IMG/VR virus record: IMGVR_UViG_3300031857_000057
Coordinates: 1-64,000 of that record
DNA length: 64,000 nucleotides
Direction: 5' to 3' (one strand)
Source of the DNA: a virus
A program made the position numbers and the translations under genes. Of this stretch, positions 57,930-64,000 are shown in pieces (position 1 is the stretch's first letter; the number at the start of each line of letters is the position of its first letter). The notes below the pieces were generated by a model, which was not told the origin of the DNA, did no database searches, and saw only the letters and a list, made by a program, of their open reading frames with translations.

Positions 57930-59691
57930 TTTTCTTGAAGCGCTAGAAGATAATCATTTTGAAGAAAAGCCAGTAGATGTAGTAACATTTGTTGAGTCTT
58001 CAGAATATTTGGGACAACCACCCCTATCTAAAATACAGTATGAAATAGTTGAGGCCATGAGCCAAATATATCGTAAGCCTGAGCTACAAATTCTGATGGG
58101 AACAGAAGCAGGAGCAAGACATTATGACAAATATACTAAAAATGAAATCATCCTTCAACTTGGCAAGGGTAGTGGTAAAGACCATACTTCTACCGTTGCT
58201 TGTGCTTATGTTGTGTATAAACTATTATGTCTTAAAGATCCTGCCAGATATTTCGGAAAGCCACCAGGAGATGCCATAGACATTATCAATGTCGCTATTA
58301 ACGCTGAACAAGCAAAGAATGTTTTCTTCAAAGGTTTTAGAAATAAAATTGAAAAGTCACCGTGGTTTGCTGGAAAATATGATCCTAAAGTAAACTCAAT
58401 TACTTTTAATAAATCAATAACTGTTTATTCAGGTCATTCAGAACGTGAGTCACATGAAGGTCTAAATTTATTTATGGCAGTACTTGATGAAATATCTGGA
58501 TTTGCTACTGAGGTTGGAACTGGCAATGATCAAGGAAAAACTGCTGACAATATTTATAAAGCATTTCGTGGTACTGTAGATTCTCGTTTTCCTGATTTAG
58601 GCAAAGTAGTTCTTCTTTCATTTCCCCGATATCAAGGTGACTTTATTTCAAAGCGGTATGAAGATGTTATTATGGACAAAGACACTCTTGAACGTAGATA
58701 TAAGTTTGTTATTAATGAAGAGTTGCCAGAAGGACCAGACAATGAATTTGAAATTGTTTGGGAAGAAGATCATATAAAATCATACAAATATCCTAGAATG
58801 TTTGCACTAAAACGTCCAACATGGGAAGTAAATCCTACTAGAAAGATTGATGATTTTAAGATTGCATTTTTGACAGATCCTGGAGATGCAATGATGAGAT
58901 TCCTTTGTACTCCAACATACTCTTCTGATGCATTCTTTAAGCAAAGAGATAAGTTGGAAAAGTGTATGACGCTTAGAAATCCATTGGATAATCACAGACG
59001 TTTTGATTCAAACTTTAAGCCAGATCCAGATAAAACATATTATATTCATGCTGACCTTGCTCAAAAACATGACAAGTGCGCTGTTGCTATTGCACATGTT
59101 GAACGATGGGTAAACATTCAAGTAATAAAAGATTACGAACAGGTAGCTCCTGTAGTTGTTGTTGATGCTGTAGCTTGGTGGGAACCTAAGATAGAAGGCC
59201 CAGTTGATTTATCAGAAGTTAAAAAATGGATTATGAATCTTCGTAGAGAAGGTTTTAATGTTGGAATGGTTACATTTGACCGATGGCAATCATTTGATAT
59301 ACAACAAGAATTAAAAGCAGTAGGCATGAGAACTGATACTGTTTCGGTAGCTAAAAAACACTACGAAGATCTTGCTATGATGATATACGAAGAGCGTGTT
59401 GCAATGCCAATGCTGCCAATTCTATTAGAAGAAATGTCTGAACTAAAGATAACAGATAATGGCAAAAGAGTAGATCACCCTAGAAAGAAATCTAAGGACT
59501 TAGCAGATGCTGTATGCGGAGCGGTATTTGGAGCTATATCGCATACAAGTAGAGACTCTAACATAGAAATAGAAGTCCATACATGGTCTTCTGCCTCCCG
59601 ACTTGCAGAACAAAATAAGGGTATGGTAGAATTGGACAAGGAAATTCCTGACGACGTTATGGACTTTCTAGACGAATATAAACTAATATAA
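57910..59691 (+). CDS. terL: Terminase large subunit
   Basis: LGKGSGKD Walker A, AVLDE Walker B, HADLA nuclease Asp, DHP...SKDLADA. Confidence 0.92.
   Translation: MSTMFNDFLEALEDNHFEEKPVDVVTFVESSEYLGQPPLSKIQYEIVEAMSQIYRKPELQILMGTEAGARHYDKYTKNEIILQLGKGSGKDHTSTVACAYVVYKLLCLKDPARYFGKPPGDAIDIINVAINAEQAKNVFFKGFRNKIEKSPWFAGKYDPKVNSITFNKSITVYSGHSERESHEGLNLFMAVLDEISGFATEVGTGNDQGKTADNIYKAFRGTVDSRFPDLGKVVLLSFPRYQGDFISKRYEDVIMDKDTLERRYKFVINEELPEGPDNEFEIVWEEDHIKSYKYPRMFALKRPTWEVNPTRKIDDFKIAFLTDPGDAMMRFLCTPTYSSDAFFKQRDKLEKCMTLRNPLDNHRRFDSNFKPDPDKTYYIHADLAQKHDKCAVAIAHVERWVNIQVIKDYEQVAPVVVVDAVAWWEPKIEGPVDLSEVKKWIMNLRREGFNVGMVTFDRWQSFDIQQELKAVGMRTDTVSVAKKHYEDLAMMIYEERVAMPMLPILLEEMSELKITDNGKRVDHPRKKSKDLADAVCGAVFGAISHTSRDSNIEIEVHTWSSASRLAEQNKGMVELDKEIPDDVMDFLDEYKLI
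59603..59632 (+). promoter_or_regulatory. Promoter TTGCAG-18-TAGAAT with TG extension
   Basis: In the terL 3' end, upstream of SD AAGGAG of 59704. Confidence 0.5.
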
Positions 59692-59703
59692 ACAAGGAGA
59701 AAA

Positions 59704-61440
59704 ATGAATTCATTGAAGAAGATTGCTATGATCTTGGCTGCAGCCTTGACATTTGGCACATTTTCTGCGATTCCATCTAACTCTGCAGTTCTTGCTGATA
59801 GCTTTGCTATTGATGCAGTTGCAGATACGATTTCGGCAGGCGAGACCGCAACAGCAGTTGTAACTCTCACCTTTATTGCAGAAAATTCTGGCGATACCGT
59901 TTCTGTTCTCTCCCTTGTATCAAGTCAACCAACAGGTGCTGGTAAGTCTGCTGTTCTTTCTGTAGCAGAAACATCCAGTTCAGTTGTTACTCTTGGTGGG
60001 GGGAACACATCTGCTGATATTAGCTCAACAGTTAATGCAGCAGCACAAATTACTGCTAAGCTCAATGTTGCACTTGTTGCACCATCTGCTGCAGGAACAT
60101 ATGTTGTAAATTTGTATCCAGTATTAAAGAGCTCTGGTGGTCGCATTACGGCATCACCGTTGGTCTGGACTGTGACAGTAAATGCATTAGACCTAAAGGC
60201 TTCTGCAACAACATCTACATCTATTATTAATAAGGGTGAGACAATTTCTGCAACTGCAGATGCTACAGTCTTTGCTTCAAAGACAGTATCTTCTGATGCA
60301 GCAGCAGTTATTGTTGTAACTCAAAAGAACGTTGCAGGTGGAAATGCCTCAGAGTCTCTTACAGTAACAGTCTCTGGTCCTGGACTTCTTGGACATGGAT
60401 CAAACCATGCAACCATGACGGGATCTGTTCGTGCAATGGTTGTACCAGCAGGAAATTACATTGGTGTATTTTCTGACGGTACTGCTGGAGTTGGAACAGT
60501 AACTATCACATCTGCTTCAAATGTTGTTCTTGCTACGGAGAAGGTAACATTCTTTGGCGACATTGCTAAGATTGTTGCTACTGCTGCAAAGCCAGTACTT
60601 ACTGTTGGATCAAATGCTGATGCTATTACAGCAGTTGCATACGATGCTAATGGGGTTGTCGTTGGTAGTGGAACATTGCTTGCAACATCAGATACGCTTG
60701 GTGTAGTCAGCAACTCTGCAACATCCGCAACTATTGTTGATGGTGTAGCAAAGTTTAATCTTACTGGTGTAAGAACTGGTAATGCAAAGGTAGGGGTTTA
60801 CTCTGGATCTATTGCAGATACTGCTTCTGTTCGTGTTGAAGGTGCTGCTGCTAAGGTAGTAATTGCCTTTGATAAGAAGCAATATACCCCAGGTGAGGCA
60901 GCAGTTATTACTGTTTCTGTAACAGATGCTGCAGGTCTTGCACTTACTGGTCAAACATTTGCAAATCTGTTTGCAACAGGTGGAATTTCTACATCCTATG
61001 CATTCGGATCAGCAAGTGATGTTATTACTGGTGTTTCTGTAACTACAGATACAACAACAGCAACCAAGACATTTAAGGTATTTATGCCTTCTGCTGAAGG
61101 AGATGTTGTTATTTCTGCCACTGGTGGAACTTCTCTGGTTGAGGCAGGACGTGTAGTGATTCGTGATACTGCGACAGTATTTAATCCTGCACGACAAGCT
61201 TCTGATGAGGCACTTGCTGCAGCACAGGCTGCAACAGATGCTGCAGTAGATGCAACTAAGGCTGCAACTTCTGCTCAGGAAGCCGCTGACAAGGCTGCTC
61301 TTGCTTCTGCAGAGGCTGCTAAAGCTGCACAGGATGCACTAACAGCAGTTAACACTCTTGCACTTGAGGTAGCAAAGATTGTTAAGCAAATTACTGCAAT
61401 GCAAAAGACAATTAACGCAATTGCTAAAAAGCTAAAGTAA
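59704..61440 (+). CDS. Secreted Ig-like (invasin/S-layer-like) surface protein with C-terminal coiled coil
   Basis: Sec signal MNSLKKIAMILAAALTFG; Ala/Thr/Val-rich Ig-like repeats; Ala-rich coiled coil ending IAKKLK. Confidence 0.75.
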   Translation: MNSLKKIAMILAAALTFGTFSAIPSNSAVLADSFAIDAVADTISAGETATAVVTLTFIAENSGDTVSVLSLVSSQPTGAGKSAVLSVAETSSSVVTLGGGNTSADISSTVNAAAQITAKLNVALVAPSAAGTYVVNLYPVLKSSGGRITASPLVWTVTVNALDLKASATTSTSIINKGETISATADATVFASKTVSSDAAAVIVVTQKNVAGGNASESLTVTVSGPGLLGHGSNHATMTGSVRAMVVPAGNYIGVFSDGTAGVGTVTITSASNVVLATEKVTFFGDIAKIVATAAKPVLTVGSNADAITAVAYDANGVVVGSGTLLATSDTLGVVSNSATSATIVDGVAKFNLTGVRTGNAKVGVYSGSIADTASVRVEGAAAKVVIAFDKKQYTPGEAAVITVSVTDAAGLALTGQTFANLFATGGISTSYAFGSASDVITGVSVTTDTTTATKTFKVFMPSAEGDVVISATGGTSLVEAGRVVIRDTATVFNPARQASDEALAAAQAATDAAVDATKAATSAQEAADKAALASAEAAKAAQDALTAVNTLALEVAKIVKQITAMQKTINAIAKKLK

Positions 61441-61454
61441 TTAGCTTATAAAAT

Positions 61455-61485
61455 GGGGGCAGGGAAACTTGCCCCCTTTTTTATT
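61455..61485 (+). terminator. Rho-independent terminator
   Basis: GGGGGCAGG-gaaa-CTTGCCCCC then TTTTTT. Confidence 0.9.
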
Positions 61486-61501
61486 GCAAAAAATTAAATA
61501 A

Positions 61502-61510
61502 TGATATAAT
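61502..61510 (+). promoter_or_regulatory. Extended -10 promoter TGATATAAT
   Basis: Between the terminator and ATG 61529. Confidence 0.6.
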
Positions 61511-61528
61511 TACACCTAGGTAGCCCTT

Positions 61529-63955
61529 ATGAACTATATTCGTAAGTTATTCAGAATACTAATTGTTTCGGGGCTAGTAATAACGACTTCTCTTTTTGGC
61601 ATGTATGCAGCAGAAGCCAATACACAGATAGATCAAATTCAATCCCAACTCGCTGGTTTAGATCCAGTAACAGATGATATTAAAGCGGCCATATCAAATA
61701 TTCAAGGCGCAATAAATAAATCAAATCAATTAAAAAATCAATTAGATTCTGCTATTGAGACTGATAAGAAAAACAAAGAACTTTTAGCAAAGTCAGAAGA
61801 AGAGCTTGAACAATCAAAAGAAGAGTTAGATCTATCTACATCAGAACTTGAAGAGGCTAAATCAACTCTTGAAGAAGCCCTAGCAAAATACAATGAAAAA
61901 GAAGCGGAATTAAAAGAAAAGCTTGATTTAATAGAGTCAATAAAGTCTACTCTAGTATCTGAAAAGGAAAAGTTAGATGCTAAAAAGGCTGAAATAGTAG
62001 TGGTTATAGAACAGATCAAAAATAAGCAAGATCTTGTATCTGGAACAAAATCTGCTATAGCAAGTCTTGAGTCCTCTATATCTGCTTTAAATGGTTCAAT
62101 CAATAGCCAGTCTACAGTGGTAAATAATATTAAGTCAGAAGTTGATTCTTTAAATACAACTATATCATCTTTGACTACCGCAATAACAAACCAACAGTCT
62201 GTTGTTTCTACCGCACAATCAGAATATAATGTTACACAGTCAGCATTAACTTCTGCAACAAACGCAGTTAGCAGTCAGGAAACTGTTGTTGCTACCGCTC
62301 TTACAAATAAAACTAATGCAGAAAATGCAGTTAATAATGCTGGATCAACAGGACTTCAATATACTGTATATGATCTATTGAGGGATGGCTATGTTAATGG
62401 ACAGCATATAGCAGTGCCTGGTTCTGTAATATGTACTGGCGTTTTGAATTCGGGCTCTATGAATCTTCCAGTATGTGGTAATAGATACTATGATGTTATT
62501 GTTAAATTTACTGGAAAAATTACTGTACCATCACACTGGACTTCTACTAAGTTTGCAGGATATACAGATGACGGGTTTAGAATGTATGTGAACGGAAACC
62601 TTGCAGTAAATAATTGGGTAGAGCAAGGAACAACATGGAGCGCTTATTCTCCTATATATGATGTAAGTGTAAATAAAACTTTAAATGTAGAAATTTGGTG
62701 GTACAACGGAGGTGGGCCAGGAAGTTATTTGCTGGGATGGGCAATTCCTGGAGGATTTACTACGGCAGGATGTGACTATACTGGAGGCTGGGGTGTAGCA
62801 TTTAGCTGTAATTTAAATACATTCTCACACGGAGCAGCACCAACACAAGAACAATTAGATGCTAGGGATACAGCAACCGCATTATATAATGTTGAAAATG
62901 CTACATTGCAATCATATATTCAGGCAAAATCGGTAGCACAATCAAATCATGACACCAAGACTGCCACTCTAAGTTCTGCTAATTCAACGTTAGCTTCTTT
63001 GATATCTCAAAAAAATAGTGCACAGTCTAGCCTATCTACAGCCTCATCTAATCTTGAAAAAGAACAGGTAACGTTAGATAAATTATTAGCTGATAGCAAT
63101 GCTTTAAAAAATAATCTGACGGAAAAACAAAATGAATTAGCCAAACAAGAGGCAGAGCTTGCAGAATTAGAATCCAATAAAACTACTTTAGAATCAGAAC
63201 AATCTAGCATAGAATCAGAAATATCTAATAAAGAAACAGAGTTGTCTGCCGAAGAATCAAATTCACAAAACTTGACGGAAGAAAAATCTTCCTTATATTT
63301 AGAATATCAAACAAAAGAAACTGAAAAAACAACGGCAGAATCTAAATTAGAATCATCTAAATCTAGAGTAGAAAAAGCAGAAACAGATTTTGCAAATAAG
63401 ACAACTGAATCTGAAAATTCAGAGAAAAAAATAGAAGACACAGAGGCAGAAAAAGAATCGGTAGAAGATGAAATATCAGACTTATCTTCATCAACACAAG
63501 ATCTTATTGCTAAAACTAAAGAAGAGCAGAGGCTTGCAAAAATAGAAGAGGCTAAAGAAGAAGCTAGAGAAGCTGCAGAATCTGGCGGGGTAATTACGGA
63601 AGAACAAAAAGAACTTATAGTAAATGCATTATTTGAAAATGCTGGCGGGAATCCGATAACAGCAGAAGCAATAGCAGAATCTGGTATAGATTATGAAGAT
63701 CTACCACCAGATACTCCAGTTGAATTAGAAAATGGTGTAGTGCTAACTGCTGAAGTTGCAGATGCCCTTGAAGTATTTGAAGATGTAGGAGAGTTATTCT
63801 CTGAGGTATTTTCTGATCCAGGCAAAGTCTTGATGGCTTTTGCTAATGTGGGTGCGGATATGTCTCCAGAGGTTAGAGAGAAGGCTGAGGATATAGTAGT
63901 TGTCACAGTCATAGTGGGGCAAATTGTAGTAGCAGGATCAATACTTAGGAGGTAA
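61529..63955 (+). CDS. Exported coiled-coil protein with central PA14 domain and C-terminal membrane anchor
   Basis: Signal peptide; GL.YTVY...VKFTGKI...TDDGFRMYVNG....NNW.EQG...WWYNGGG (PA14) flanked by long heptad regions; terminal hydrophobic helix followed by RR. Confidence 0.8.
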   Translation: MNYIRKLFRILIVSGLVITTSLFGMYAAEANTQIDQIQSQLAGLDPVTDDIKAAISNIQGAINKSNQLKNQLDSAIETDKKNKELLAKSEEELEQSKEELDLSTSELEEAKSTLEEALAKYNEKEAELKEKLDLIESIKSTLVSEKEKLDAKKAEIVVVIEQIKNKQDLVSGTKSAIASLESSISALNGSINSQSTVVNNIKSEVDSLNTTISSLTTAITNQQSVVSTAQSEYNVTQSALTSATNAVSSQETVVATALTNKTNAENAVNNAGSTGLQYTVYDLLRDGYVNGQHIAVPGSVICTGVLNSGSMNLPVCGNRYYDVIVKFTGKITVPSHWTSTKFAGYTDDGFRMYVNGNLAVNNWVEQGTTWSAYSPIYDVSVNKTLNVEIWWYNGGGPGSYLLGWAIPGGFTTAGCDYTGGWGVAFSCNLNTFSHGAAPTQEQLDARDTATALYNVENATLQSYIQAKSVAQSNHDTKTATLSSANSTLASLISQKNSAQSSLSTASSNLEKEQVTLDKLLADSNALKNNLTEKQNELAKQEAELAELESNKTTLESEQSSIESEISNKETELSAEESNSQNLTEEKSSLYLEYQTKETEKTTAESKLESSKSRVEKAETDFANKTTESENSEKKIEDTEAEKESVEDEISDLSSSTQDLIAKTKEEQRLAKIEEAKEEAREAAESGGVITEEQKELIVNALFENAGGNPITAEAIAESGIDYEDLPPDTPVELENGVVLTAEVADALEVFEDVGELFSEVFSDPGKVLMAFANVGADMSPEVREKAEDIVVVTVIVGQIVVAGSILRR

Positions 63956-63958
63956 GAA

Positions 63959-64000
63959 ATGAAATGGATTAAAGACAGGGTGCTGGCTATCCTTAATGAA
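63959..64000 (+). CDS. Start of a small protein (3' truncated)
   Basis: SD GGAGGT; MKWIKDRVLAILNE. Confidence 0.55.
   Translation, partial: MKWIKDRVLAILNE

Noticed and set aside
49922-59691. Inteins or introns in dnaE, recA or terL (also nrdJ, dnaB)
   Set aside because: Protein lengths are normal, motifs are contiguous, and no splice-junction or homing-endonuclease signatures were seen.
1-64000. tRNA genes, integrase, stop-codon reassignment
   Set aside because: Intergenic gaps are short with no cloverleaf noticed, no recombinase is present, and genes are intact in the standard code with all three stops used.

Overview
A 64-kb AT-rich segment of a large tailed dsDNA phage with a long non-contractile tail (1963-aa tape measure, no sheath gene seen). 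Gene content and order resemble freshwater actinobacterial phages and large Streptomyces siphophages. The host assignment is an inference. Layout: (1) 1-11 kb, a protein/glycan modification island with eight prolyl-4-hydroxylase-like 2OG-Fe(II) oxygenases, two DUF6065-like proteins, a Skp1-hydroxyproline-type GlcNAc transferase, two more glycosyltransferases and a lytic transglycosylase. (2) 11-16.3 kb, four modular fibre genes with complementary end modules. (3) Class II ribonucleotide reductase. (4) Head and tail morphogenesis, 18.5-44.9 kb. (5) Replication/recombination (DnaB, DnaG, SSB, DnaE, RecA, Cas4-like nuclease, resolvases) with a ninth oxygenase inserted. (6) Terminase. (7) Two exported surface-type proteins. 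Most striking observations: a tail adhesin with a recursively nested 20-cysteine insert followed by a Cys-rich partner gene; a candidate hydroxylate-then-glycosylate pathway; a plug-and-socket fibre chain; tail chaperones made by gene duplication instead of frameshifting; GroES-mobile-loop-like repeats in the tape measure; and two classes of sigma-70-type promoters, several driving leaderless mRNAs. All family assignments are by motif recognition; no searches were run.
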